This document shows positions 10,332 through 20,212 of a stretch of DNA of 64,000 nucleotides, piece by piece. The stretch covers positions 1,184,001 through 1,248,000 of the forward strand of contig CAXXXD010000002.1 in the NCBI GenBank assembly GCA_963663385.2, in the 5' to 3' direction. A model generated the notes under the pieces. That model was given only the letters and a program-made list of their open reading frames with translations, had not been told where the DNA came from and ran no database searches. Both the position numbers and the translations under genes were made by a program. The stretch comes from Oceanispirochaeta sp. Its GTDB lineage: Bacteria > Spirochaetota > Spirochaetia > DSM-2461. Every line of letters begins with the position of its first letter. Position 1 is the first letter of the stretch.

Positions 10332-11092
10332 GAAAAACGATTATATAAAGCGATATTTGTGAAAAACGATTATTATTTTCCTTGAAGGACAAAAATCCCC
10401 TCGTTTATATAAGTATTTCTTGCACATATACCGCATTAACCGGAAAGTACGATCAGCCTGAATCCTTCGAAAGAACGAACCTATCATCTGAGCCCTGGAA
10501 CGCCGGCCATGGCTGCTGTCAGGATGCTTGTATCCGCAGGACCCTATCCGGCTGATTTGATTGAGTCTTCCATTCAGATGGGAGTACAGGATGTTCACAT
10601 TTCCTTTGATATCACTTTTAAATACAGACCGGAACTGGCAGCCTTTACCCAATCCGTTATAGGACTGACCGGAGGGTTTCCTGAAGATACCGTTGAATTC
10701 AGAGAAATACTGACTCAATCAGAAAACATGGAGCTTATACAGACAAAAGCAAAGAAAGCCGCCGTTGTACAGCAGATGAAATGAAAGATTTCTTTATAAA
10801 AGTTATTAGGGAAATAATACCTGATTCCCTCCAGGCAGACTACAACAGCTATTGCAGTCACCCTTTCTATGAATTCCCCCCCCAACTGACGGAAGCGGTT
10901 TTGATTGTCAAAAATGGTATTGGTGCTTAATAGTCAAATCCTGTCACCACTGTAATTAATAGGCTGTCCAATGGCTGATTTTTTTTATACTTCAATAATA
11001 AATAAGGTTTTGTTTATTCGGATGATGCTGTATATTCAATATACAAAGACACTTACAAGTTTGTTTAAATTACTTATCGCAGGAGAATATGA

Positions 11093-14023
11093 ATGAAGAA
11101 ATCAATTTTTATAATAGTGGTACTTACACTGGTATATTCTTTTTTCTCCTGTAAAAACAATCTTATTTCGCTTGAAGACGATATCCTTGATAAAGCAAAA
11201 GACGGCACTCTTCCCGAGATTGTTGTTGACAGCCCGACTGCAGACTCCGTATTCGGCCAGGCTGTTACAATCAGCGGAACGGTCAGTGATAACGGATCGG
11301 TAATGCCTGTTCTGGCGTATAAGATCTTAAATGATCTTGGAGAGTCGAAAGCCAGCGGGACGGCGGAACTGCAGGCCCTTGAAACAGAGCAGGGGGTCTC
11401 CGGTAGTTTTGCTATCCGCTTTACAACAGAAACCATAAGCTCCGATATCCTGATCAGTCTTACAGCCACAGACTGGAACGGCAATGAGGTAAGTCTGCCC
11501 TCGTTCAGCCTGAAATACCCCGGGAATGCCATCCCTTCTCTGACGATTCTCTCCGGAAACAAAGAGATCTCCCTCAGCTGGGATGCGATCTCCAATGCCA
11601 CAGAGTACAGGATCTATTATACAAAAGACCAGGCAATCTTTAATGAGAACACCGCCTCCTGTGAAGTCATTACCCCCGGTGAAGAGGAGAGCTTCAGCTC
11701 TGTTCTGAACAGTCAAGATCACGGTATTGGAAATAACCGCTTATCCCAGATTCTGCTCAGGGCGGTAACTCCCGATTCGACACTGGATTCATCGCTTTTC
11801 GATGTTGTTCCCCTGAGTTCTGAGACCCTGACACCCCGTGTCTCCGTTGGAAGGAATTCCGCCTATATTGACTGGAATCCTGTTCAGTGCGCCGATGGTG
11901 TTCAGGTGGAATACTCTCTCTGGCGTTCAGAAAGCGGAGAGGAAGATTCCTATACCAGAGTATCCCCTTCGGGTTGGAGCAGCAGCCATTTTGAGGATGA
12001 AAGCATCAGGGAAGGGCAGACCTACTATTACCGGGTTTCTCTGGATGAGGAATCTTCTGTAATGAGCAGAGCGGTGCAGTGTAGGTCGGCAACCTCCATT
12101 CCCGATCTCTACCAGGTCGATTACAATGAACTTATATCCGAGTCAGGTTTTGCTACAGGTGACAGTGTGTTTTTTACTCCCGACGGAAACCGCCTTTTCT
12201 TTATTGACAAATCGGAGGGTACTCTTTCCGAGTTGGATATGGTCAGCGGTGAAATTATCGGAACACCCTTTACTCCAGAAAATAGTCCGTTCATGTACGC
12301 CCTTACAGGTAATAACAGCAATCTGTTTATTCTATCGAGTGAGCCAACTACTTCTGCTAACATGGACAAGCGGATTACTTCTCTTGATATCAGTTCTCAG
12401 GGAAGCATCACACAGCTGGACAGTCTTATTCTCAACTCTGCCAATAAGATATGTCTTAAAGATCAGACTCTCTATCTAAGCAAGTCAACTGACAGCAGTC
12501 ACTATTCCATGGATGTCAGTAATCCTTCAGACCTTCAGGCGGAGGTGGCTATAAATTACGGTGGTACGGTGAGTGTTGAATCCGGATCTGTGAAGGAGCT
12601 GTTTTTTAATGGAGACTATATGTATTCCCTCTGCAAGAAGGATGACGGCTCAGGAAATGAGCAGATACTAATATATGATCCTGCATTGGGAAGCTGGTCT
12701 GAAGAGGCCTTTGTGGCTGATACTGACGGAATCAGTCAGGACGATTTATTTCGAACTTATATGTGTTGTAATGAGGATGCGGGAAAACTGATCATTCTCA
12801 GTGATGCAGGCGGCTCCGCTATCTGTGACCTTAAGCTCTGGGTTTATGATATTCAAAGCGACGGATCCCTTACCCTGATGGAGTTCAAGGTGCTGGAGGA
12901 TCAGGAATACCTTAATATTACCGTCCCCCTTATTATGGGAGATACATTGTATATTTCCAGGTACCAGAAGACCGTGCAGGCCGTAAGCATCGGCAGCCGC
13001 ATTTATCTGAAGGAAAGCCATTCCATTCCCCACTATCCCTATTTCCTTAATCCTGACGGAGACAAACTCTTTGTCTACACCTATGAGAAAGCTGCCGGAC
13101 TGGTTAGCCTTACCGAGGAATCTCCTCTGAGTTATCAGAATGAATGGTCTACAGGAGCGGGCAGCAGTCCGCTTGCCTTTGACGGCGGAAGACTCTTTAC
13201 CCACAATTATTCCGGAGATATCGCCCAGTTTGAGTGCACCCGGACCGACAGCCTCTCTCTTCTGGGAACCGACAGGCTCTCGGGTTGGGGAATCGCTGTT
13301 TATGGCGACACCCTTTACCTGAGAACGGGAGAGAAGAGGATAGAACTGTATCAGATTAACAGTGATGGAACCCTGGGGGAAAAAATTACGGAGATCAGCA
13401 CTGTAAGGGAGGTTCACTCGCTTGGTTTTGCCGGGGATTACCTCATTGCCGGTGAGAATTACCATGTTGAAATATTTGATATTTCCGATCTGTCCGATAT
13501 AAACCGTATCAGCGACTTTGAAGCCAAATACATGGTGAAGGGGGTCAAAGTCTATGAAGATTCCCTTCTTCTCATTGGCGACGGTTTCGGGCTCTGCTGT
13601 TATGATATATCCACTCCCGAATCGCCTGTGCTTCAGGGTTCCTTTTATGACCGCTCCTCTATCAGTAAATCCTTTTATTCTGTGGATGTACAGGACGGGA
13701 TTATCTATCTCGGATCTGATTCGGGACTATTTGTTCTCGATCTGGATCAGGCTTCCTACTGGACAGCCGCGGAGACCCCTGGAGACACAGGTTCTGCGAG
13801 CTGCTGGATTGAAGGTCAAGCCAGGGCGGTAAAGGCGGCCGGTGATTATCTGTTCTTCTCCAATTCCGGTTATCTGGGTGTCTACAGTCTTATTGACCCC
13901 AAAAAACCGGTATCCTTTTATGAAGATCCCGTTCCCCGTTATTTAGAGAGTCTGGCTCTCTGGGGGAACGGATTATTCGGGAAGACAACGGCCACTTTGT
14001 ACGGTTATTATCTGGATAACTGA
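11093..14023 (+). CDS. Large surface lipoprotein with Ig/fibronectin-III-like domains and LVIVD-type beta-propeller repeats
   Basis: RBS AGGAG; lipobox FFSC; FN3-like ISLSW...YRIYY and YYYRV; repeated DISxPxxP / DVSNP segments. Confidence 0.7.
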   Translation: MKKSIFIIVVLTLVYSFFSCKNNLISLEDDILDKAKDGTLPEIVVDSPTADSVFGQAVTISGTVSDNGSVMPVLAYKILNDLGESKASGTAELQALETEQGVSGSFAIRFTTETISSDILISLTATDWNGNEVSLPSFSLKYPGNAIPSLTILSGNKEISLSWDAISNATEYRIYYTKDQAIFNENTASCEVITPGEEESFSSVLNSQDHGIGNNRLSQILLRAVTPDSTLDSSLFDVVPLSSETLTPRVSVGRNSAYIDWNPVQCADGVQVEYSLWRSESGEEDSYTRVSPSGWSSSHFEDESIREGQTYYYRVSLDEESSVMSRAVQCRSATSIPDLYQVDYNELISESGFATGDSVFFTPDGNRLFFIDKSEGTLSELDMVSGEIIGTPFTPENSPFMYALTGNNSNLFILSSEPTTSANMDKRITSLDISSQGSITQLDSLILNSANKICLKDQTLYLSKSTDSSHYSMDVSNPSDLQAEVAINYGGTVSVESGSVKELFFNGDYMYSLCKKDDGSGNEQILIYDPALGSWSEEAFVADTDGISQDDLFRTYMCCNEDAGKLIILSDAGGSAICDLKLWVYDIQSDGSLTLMEFKVLEDQEYLNITVPLIMGDTLYISRYQKTVQAVSIGSRIYLKESHSIPHYPYFLNPDGDKLFVYTYEKAAGLVSLTEESPLSYQNEWSTGAGSSPLAFDGGRLFTHNYSGDIAQFECTRTDSLSLLGTDRLSGWGIAVYGDTLYLRTGEKRIELYQINSDGTLGEKITEISTVREVHSLGFAGDYLIAGENYHVEIFDISDLSDINRISDFEAKYMVKGVKVYEDSLLLIGDGFGLCCYDISTPESPVLQGSFYDRSSISKSFYSVDVQDGIIYLGSDSGLFVLDLDQASYWTAAETPGDTGSASCWIEGQARAVKAAGDYLFFSNSGYLGVYSLIDPKKPVSFYEDPVPRYLESLALWGNGLFGKTTATLYGYYLDN

Positions 14024-14155
14024 TAAAGCCGCTGTGAAAGAGTAATCCGTATGGTCTGAAATATACCTAAATACCGGAATAGAGTTATAGCCGATTGTCG
14101 ATGAGCCTGATATAACCCCCTACAAGCCCCGCCAGGACTTACAAGGGTTATCATC

Positions 14156-15493
14156 CTATAAACTCTCAACCGAAAGAAGAAATTCTATAAACATCACATT
14201 AGCCCAGCTGAACCAGGGCCTTGTAAAATCATCCGGATTATCCTTATTGAAACTCTCATGCATAAGGTAGGTCCCCCCATGAGTCCTCGTCAGCATCTCC
14301 AGAATCTCCCTCTTTCTGCTCTGATCATCGGTGGTCAGACCCTCAATGCACAGAGCAATAGGCCAGATATTACCCGGTTTCGTATGGGCCGATCCAATCC
14401 CTTCCGCACAGCACCCCTGAAAATAGTAGGGATTCGTCCCGCTCAGCAATTTTTCCCGGGTATTCAGATAAATCTCATCATCCGGCCGGCAGTAATTCAG
14501 ATAGGGGAGGCTCATCAGGCTGGGAACGTTGGCATCGTCAGAAAAAAAGCTGTTGCCCAGGCCGTCAACTTCATACATAAGGACCCCGTCAATAATGGCA
14601 AAGTCCTCTATCCCCCGGTTTATTTCTCCCCGGAGCTTTTGAATCTTTTCTTTTAACACATCGCTGCTTTCTTCTGTCATTTCCAGAACCTCAATCATGT
14701 AGCCCAGTATGACAAGGGCATAGCAGTTTGAGGGGACCAGATAATGGTACCGACAGGCGTCATCGCTTGGACGGAACCCGCTCCAGATCATCCCGGTATA
14801 GGCTGTTTTAGTACCCAGCCCCTCCCGGCTCAATGTTTCATTTTCCGGTTTCAGATCAGGGTAAAGATTCATATCCCTCTGGAAGCGGTACTTCGATTCG
14901 CTCTCGTGGTTCTGTTCTGTAATAAACAGACCGACAACAACTTCCATCATCCTTAAAAAATCCCGGTCGAAGATGCCGATGTCCCTGCTTTTCTGATAAT
15001 AAAGGTATGCCAGTTCCATGGGCGCGCATAGGGAATCAATTTCGAACTTTCTTTCCCAGACCCCCTGTTTCATCTCTGTTATATCGTCAAAATGCCCGTC
15101 CTTATTAGGGTACAGGTTAAACGCGTTGGCATAAGGATCGAGCAGGATGGACTGTACCTGCCGCTTAATTACCTTTTTGAAAATTCCATGCAGCTGAACG
15201 TCGTCTTCCGTAAGGTATTTAATTATTGGCTTTAACTGACAGGTCGAGTCCCTGAGCCACATGGCGGGAATATCCCCGGTAATAACAAAGGCATCTGTCT
15301 CGTTTTCCACTATCACCGACTGAATGGTGTTCTTCAGAACATTGAGAGCGAGTTTTTCTGTTTCCGAATTAAGATCTTTCGTCCTGATACTATTTTCTAT
15401 ATTTTGAATGGTCGGGCTATTGGTAATGGGGGTAACGATTTCGGAATAATCGGTAACCTGCAGCCGTCCAAGATAATCCAGCTCCTGATTCAT
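14156..15493 (-). CDS. Glycoside hydrolase family 125 (exo-alpha-1,6-mannosidase-like)
   Basis: VITGDIPAMWLRDS, DPYANAF, WERKFEIDSL, SGFRPSDD, DDANVPSL, HESF, FTRPWFSWAN. Confidence 0.92.
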   Translation of the reverse strand: MNQELDYLGRLQVTDYSEIVTPITNSPTIQNIENSIRTKDLNSETEKLALNVLKNTIQSVIVENETDAFVITGDIPAMWLRDSTCQLKPIIKYLTEDDVQLHGIFKKVIKRQVQSILLDPYANAFNLYPNKDGHFDDITEMKQGVWERKFEIDSLCAPMELAYLYYQKSRDIGIFDRDFLRMMEVVVGLFITEQNHESESKYRFQRDMNLYPDLKPENETLSREGLGTKTAYTGMIWSGFRPSDDACRYHYLVPSNCYALVILGYMIEVLEMTEESSDVLKEKIQKLRGEINRGIEDFAIIDGVLMYEVDGLGNSFFSDDANVPSLMSLPYLNYCRPDDEIYLNTREKLLSGTNPYYFQGCCAEGIGSAHTKPGNIWPIALCIEGLTTDDQSRKREILEMLTRTHGGTYLMHESFNKDNPDDFTRPWFSWANVMFIEFLLSVESL

Positions 15494-15499
15494 ACTATT

Positions 15500-16318
15500 C
15501 TAACCCTTAATCCCCGAATTCATAACCGATTCTACAAAGTTCTTCTGAAAGAAAAGGAACGTCAGCAGTATGGGGATCATGACTAATACCCCTGCTGCAA
15601 TAAGAGCCGGATAGTTGATATAGTTATCGTATCCTTTGGACAACTGGGTTATTACAATCGACAGAGGGCGCATCCTCTCTTTTGATACGACGACCCGTGC
15701 CCAGGCAAACTCACTCCAGATAAAAGTAAAAGCAAGGATAATGAGTCCGGAAACAGCGCTTTTCAGCATGGGAAGCGCCACATGGATCAGGGTCATTATA
15801 TTGCCCGCTCCTTCGATCTTTGCCGCTTCGATCATGGAATCGGGAATATACCTGGAAAACTGCATAATATAAATGATTCCGAAGCCGCTGAAGAGGAAGG
15901 GGAGGAACATGCCTAAATAGGTATTGGTCAGTTTCAGCTTCCGTACAATATCAAAAAGGGGCATGAAGGTTATTTCCATGGGGATCATTACTGTCATCAA
16001 TACAATCAGAATAATAACGTTTTTGAATTTGAAGTCATATTTACAGAATACATACCCTGTTATGGTGCTCAGGAAAACCTGAACAATAATCATCAGTACG
16101 CTGACAATTATGGAAACCTTAAAAGCCGATAGAATTCCGCCGACTTCCATGCTGTAGATATAGTTATCCAGGCCTGGATTACGGGGTATCCAGTTAAAGG
16201 GGACTTTGAAAATCTCTCCCTGTCCCTGAAAGGATGCGGAAATCATCCAGATAATGGGAAATATATAAATGACTGTTATAATAGCTATAAACAGATAGAT
16301 TAAGGATTTTTTGATCAT
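15500..16318 (-). CDS. Carbohydrate ABC transporter permease (MalG-like)
   Basis: Hydrophobic helices; EAA loop EAAKIEGA. Confidence 0.92.
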   Translation of the reverse strand: MIKKSLIYLFIAIITVIYIFPIIWMISASFQGQGEIFKVPFNWIPRNPGLDNYIYSMEVGGILSAFKVSIIVSVLMIIVQVFLSTITGYVFCKYDFKFKNVIILIVLMTVMIPMEITFMPLFDIVRKLKLTNTYLGMFLPFLFSGFGIIYIMQFSRYIPDSMIEAAKIEGAGNIMTLIHVALPMLKSAVSGLIILAFTFIWSEFAWARVVVSKERMRPLSIVITQLSKGYDNYINYPALIAAGVLVMIPILLTFLFFQKNFVESVMNSGIKG

Positions 16319-16319
16319 A

Positions 16320-17207
16320 TTATTCTTCCTTGCTTTTTGTTATCCGCATCTGGATTAGCGATACAATCAGAGTTATCAGAAACAGGACGATGGAAAGCAG
16401 GGAGGAATACCCCACATTTCTGGATTTGAATCCCTGGTCGAACATGTATTTTATTATTGTCTCGGTTGAACGGTAGGGGCCGCCACCTGTCATTACTTCC
16501 ACTGTGACGAAAGTCCTGAGAAAACTGATAGTCGCAAAGATAACCGCAAAGACAGTCGTCGGTTTCAGAGACGGTACGGTAATGGAAAAGAATTTTCTGA
16601 TGAATCCGGCTCCATCCACTTCGGCCGCTTCATATAACTGATTATTTATATTGGAAAGCCCGGCCAGGAATATGACCATATAGTATCCTGTGCCGTTCCA
16701 GATATTGAGCAGAATAAGGCAGAAGAGGGCCAGTTCCGGTTCGGTTAACCAGTTTATCTTGCTGCCGCCCATAGAAACAATCAGGCTGTTCATAAGCCCG
16801 GCTTCCGTTCCAAAGAGCAGTTTGAAAATAACGCTGGCTACCACAAGAGGCACCAGATAGGTAGAGAAAATAGCGCTCCTGAATAACCCCTGATATTTGC
16901 CTATTTTAAACAGTATGACAGACAGGAACAGGGCAATCGCCAGTACAGAGGGAACACTCAATAAGGTTAGTATAAAGGTATTTTTAAGGGAGTTATAAAA
17001 GTATTCGTCTCCCAGGAGTTTCCTGTAATTCTCCAGGCCGGCAAAGTGAGGTTCCTTTATATAGTTATAATCCATAAAGGATAAATAAACATTTCTGAAA
17101 AAGGGATAATAAACAAATATGGCAAAGAATATAAGAGCCGGGAGCACTATACTCCATACAAAGATTTTGTCGTTTAATCCGGATTTCATCTGGATCGGTT
17201 TTTTCAT
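16320..17207 (-). CDS. Carbohydrate ABC transporter permease (MalF-like)
   Basis: GLENY, LYEAAEVDGA, MTGGGP; start chosen from GGAGA RBS. Confidence 0.92.
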   Translation of the reverse strand: MKKPIQMKSGLNDKIFVWSIVLPALIFFAIFVYYPFFRNVYLSFMDYNYIKEPHFAGLENYRKLLGDEYFYNSLKNTFILTLLSVPSVLAIALFLSVILFKIGKYQGLFRSAIFSTYLVPLVVASVIFKLLFGTEAGLMNSLIVSMGGSKINWLTEPELALFCLILLNIWNGTGYYMVIFLAGLSNINNQLYEAAEVDGAGFIRKFFSITVPSLKPTTVFAVIFATISFLRTFVTVEVMTGGGPYRSTETIIKYMFDQGFKSRNVGYSSLLSIVLFLITLIVSLIQMRITKSKEE

Positions 17208-17269
17208 CCGGGTTTCTCCGTAATTAGTCAATAAAATGGTTTTGAATAAGTATCTGGATAATATTTGAT

Positions 17270-17307
17270 ACTCCCCGTCCGGTTTTCAAGTACCCGGGAC
17301 GGGGAGT
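17270..17307 (-). terminator. Intergenic stem-loop after the solute-binding gene (attenuating terminator or mRNA stabiliser)
   Basis: ACTCCCCGTCC ... GGACGGGGAGT 11-bp inverted repeat. Confidence 0.6.
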
Positions 17308-17331
17308 CTGCAGTTTTGCAGAAAGTCAGAT

Positions 17332-18573
17332 TTAATAGTTACTGTTGATTTTTTCGGCAGCCTGTGAAAGGACTGCTTTGGGATCTTCCATATTCATAAA
17401 GATTCTTTCCAGGGCTTCAATGTAAATCGATCTTCCGTCAGGGTATTTATACGGACCGTCCATGTACTGGTATTTAGTTGTTTCAAGCTGTTTCTGCTGA
17501 GCCAGCTTTGCTTCCAGTACGCCCTCTTTTTCCCAGTTTGCCTGCTTTTCCGTATTATTGTAGATGTCCAGGCTGGTAACGCCCCGATCAGCCTGAATCT
17601 GGAACTCGTCGGAATACATGATCTGCAGGAATTCATAAGCCATGGCTTTGTTTTCCGCGCCGGAAAAAACGGCCCAGTCGCATCCGCCTGTAGAGGTTAT
17701 ACTCTTCCCTCCCTTTCCGGCCGGAACAGTCGTAATTCCAACATTCACTCCGGCATCCAGTGTAGCGGGCAGAGTCCATTCTCCTGTGAAATAGGTTGCC
17801 AGCTGACCGTTTAACCAGAGCTGATCCATTGTTCCGTCCGGCATGGGAGCCCATCCTTTTTTGATAAAGGACTGAGCATAACTGTGGGCTTTGACAGAGG
17901 CCGGGGTATCGATCAGGGTCTTTGTCAGATCTTCGTTCATGAAGACACCATCGTTAGACCAGATCCAGGCGCCGATCTCCCAGGGGTGTGTCGTCAGGGT
18001 CGTGGCAAAAATATCTCCGCCTGATGTATTTTTAAGGCCTTTTTCTGCGATTAGGGTGCCGATTTTTTCCAGATCCGTAAAAGAGGTCGGTACGTCTGCG
18101 CCTAACTGGTTCAGGATATCTTTATTGTAGAATAAAAGGAATGTATTTGTATTATAGTTAAGGGCGCAAATTTCATTGCCGTAGCGCATCCTTTCAAGTT
18201 GTCCGGGGGTAAATTTGCTGAAGATTTCCCAGTTTTTCACTTCATCAGTCAAGTCTTCCAGGATCCCTTCCTTATAAAATTCCTGAGCCCATCCGCCTGT
18301 TTTGGCTATATCCGGGATATCATCCATAGATACCAGTACAAGCTGTTTTTCTCTGGTTTCTCCCCAGGGGCTGATAATGTATTCAACTTCTGCATTCGGG
18401 TGTCTCTCCAGAAAAACCTTCTCTGCCATATCGATATTGTCGTCAGTGGTTCCTGTCGTCGAAATCCGCAGGGTAAAAGAATCATCTGCTGAACCGGCAT
18501 CCTGAGAACCGGATGCGAATCCGAATGATACAGCGAGAATGAGTCCTGCAATGGAAAGTACTATTTTTTTCAT
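17332..18573 (-). CDS. Sugar ABC transporter extracellular solute-binding protein
   Basis: Signal peptide FASGSQD; IPDI, LFYNKD; first gene of the permease/GH125 operon. Confidence 0.9.
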   Translation of the reverse strand: MKKIVLSIAGLILAVSFGFASGSQDAGSADDSFTLRISTTGTTDDNIDMAEKVFLERHPNAEVEYIISPWGETREKQLVLVSMDDIPDIAKTGGWAQEFYKEGILEDLTDEVKNWEIFSKFTPGQLERMRYGNEICALNYNTNTFLLFYNKDILNQLGADVPTSFTDLEKIGTLIAEKGLKNTSGGDIFATTLTTHPWEIGAWIWSNDGVFMNEDLTKTLIDTPASVKAHSYAQSFIKKGWAPMPDGTMDQLWLNGQLATYFTGEWTLPATLDAGVNVGITTVPAGKGGKSITSTGGCDWAVFSGAENKAMAYEFLQIMYSDEFQIQADRGVTSLDIYNNTEKQANWEKEGVLEAKLAQQKQLETTKYQYMDGPYKYPDGRSIYIEALERIFMNMEDPKAVLSQAAEKINSNY

Positions 18574-18674
18574 CGTAATAGCTCCTTTGTGTTTGTTTGA
18601 GTGATTATATAGTTGAATGTATTTTTATGTCAAACAAAAAATGTATTAAATAATACAAAAGCAATACATAAATT

Positions 18675-18690
18675 AATGTATGATACAATT
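18675..18690. promoter_or_regulatory. Putative AraR-like operator
   Basis: AATGTATGATACAATT near-palindrome; near-identical copy at 19835-19850. Confidence 0.6.
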
Positions 18691-19819
18691 AAATCTCTTT
18701 AATTGTATCTCCTTCAACCAGACTTGCTGAAAGAACAATTCGTTCAATTTCCTGATCACCCTCTATAACACGATTGAGTTTTTCCATGGCCAGAATGCCC
18801 ATTTCGAATTCATTCTGTTTCAGATGAGTGTAGGCGGATTCCCCTATATACTCCCAGGGCGCATCAAAGCACAACAGGGAAACATCCCCGGGAATCTGAA
18901 GCCCGATTTCCTTTAATACATGGGACGCCAATATTGCCAGGTGATATTCGCAGGCAAAAATCGCTGTTATTCCTCTTTCTGCTGTTAGGTGATCAAGGAG
19001 AAGATTTTTATCTGTTTCAATATTTCCCGGTGTATTTCTTCCCGGCATTGTACTGACAAAATCCAGCAGGAACAGGGAGTCGTCAATTGGCAGATTGTAA
19101 TCCAGAATTGCCGCCTTGACTCCATCAAGCCGATCCTCCAATGCCGAAGTGTTTCGAACCGGAGGAGATAAGTAGAGAATCCGACGGTGTCCTTTATCAA
19201 GGAGATAAGAAGCTCCTTTATATGAGGCTTCCTTATGGTCTGTACCGATAAAGGAAGATTTCAATCCCCTCAGTTCCAAGTCGACAAGAACAAAGGGGAA
19301 GCCCTTCATGGATAATTCCATTATGGCAGGGTTAAAGAACTCATCGTGTTGAGGCTGTATAATAAGGCCCGAAGCCCCAAGGCTGATCAGGTCCCTGATA
19401 GCCTTTTCTTCAAGATCCTGTTTTCCTTTGGTCAGCTTCATGACCAGATAGTAGCCCAGTTTTTCGGCTTCCTTTTCAATGCCTTCCATAATTTTAATCC
19501 CGAAACTGGAGGATATATCGGGCAGTATAAAACCGATAAATTTCTGTTTCTGCCTGAATCTTCTACTGGTGCTCTGAAGGGGGAGGGGATGGCTGCCGGA
19601 AGATCCGGAATAGGAAACAATAGTCCCTTTCCCTCTTATCCGGGTTAAATACCCCTCTTCCACCAGCAGTTCCATAGCTTTACGAACAGTTACTCTGCTC
19701 ACTTCGAACTGCTGGGTAAGCTCCATTTCGGTTTCCACAGTAGATCCATACGTCAGTTCACCGCTTTGTATTCTACTTAAGAGATGATTATAAAGTTTCA
19801 AGTATTTCGGCTCTTCCAT
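18689..19819 (-). CDS. GntR-HTH / LacI-type sensor transcriptional regulator (AraR-like)
   Basis: TEMEL...VSRVTVRKA...RGKGT GntR HTH, then a periplasmic-binding-protein-like domain (IPGDVSLLCFD). Confidence 0.9.
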   Translation of the reverse strand: MEEPKYLKLYNHLLSRIQSGELTYGSTVETEMELTQQFEVSRVTVRKAMELLVEEGYLTRIRGKGTIVSYSGSSGSHPLPLQSTSRRFRQKQKFIGFILPDISSSFGIKIMEGIEKEAEKLGYYLVMKLTKGKQDLEEKAIRDLISLGASGLIIQPQHDEFFNPAIMELSMKGFPFVLVDLELRGLKSSFIGTDHKEASYKGASYLLDKGHRRILYLSPPVRNTSALEDRLDGVKAAILDYNLPIDDSLFLLDFVSTMPGRNTPGNIETDKNLLLDHLTAERGITAIFACEYHLAILASHVLKEIGLQIPGDVSLLCFDAPWEYIGESAYTHLKQNEFEMGILAMEKLNRVIEGDQEIERIVLSASLVEGDTIKEI

Positions 19820-19834
19820 AAGACATTTCCTTAT

Positions 19835-19850
19835 AATGTATCTTACAATT
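19835..19850. promoter_or_regulatory. Putative autoregulatory operator of the AraR-like regulator
   Basis: AATGTATCTTACAATT just upstream of the regulator start. Confidence 0.6.
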
Positions 19851-20015
19851 TATATTAAATGTATCATCCGCTGTATTAGTTTTCAAGCAGTATACGGATT
19901 TTCCATATTTACCAAATCTGAATATAAGTTTTAAATACCTGTAAGAATCCACCTGAATATAAATAACGATATAAAAAGCAGCTCCGGAAGGCAGGAGGAA
20001 TGATAAAAAGTCTTC

Positions 20016-20190
20016 ATAGGCTTGTGGATTGATACAATGTTCTAAACATCGTTTAGAACAGCCAGGTTACTGTTCGCCATTTTTACTGGTCTCCGAGACC
20101 GTACAGGAGAATGAAGAGCCGTGACCGAAACATTCAATGGTCTTCGAGACCGGATAGGAGAATGGAATCAATTCACCGTACAGGCGCTGT
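20016..20190 (+). ncRNA. Predicted bridge/seek RNA of the IS110 element (ends approximate)
   Basis: 10-bp 5' hairpin at 20038-20060, then two similar loop modules around GGTCT-NCG-AGACC hairpins whose flanks match the target and the circle junction. Confidence 0.75.
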
Positions 20191-20212
20191 TTTAGGCAAT
20201 AGGAGCGAAGGT

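Noticed and set aside
17270..17307. GGGACGG-containing hairpin as another RAYT end
   Set aside because: Only a partial match to the 10-mer, and its position fits an ordinary post-SBP stem-loop
20016..20020. ATAGG as the IS left junction
   Set aside because: The AGGAG junction at 19993-19997 explains the subterminal IRs, the 17-bp promoter spacing and the guide matches; ATAGG explains none of them
20080..20165. Mini CRISPR array (two palindromic repeats)
   Set aside because: Only two units, no cas genes, and they are fully explained as bridge-RNA loops inside an IS110 end
20111..20212. N-terminal extension of the transposase in the ORF track
   Set aside because: It overlaps the structured RNA; the RBS and family N-terminus (SIGVDLH) point to ATG 20213
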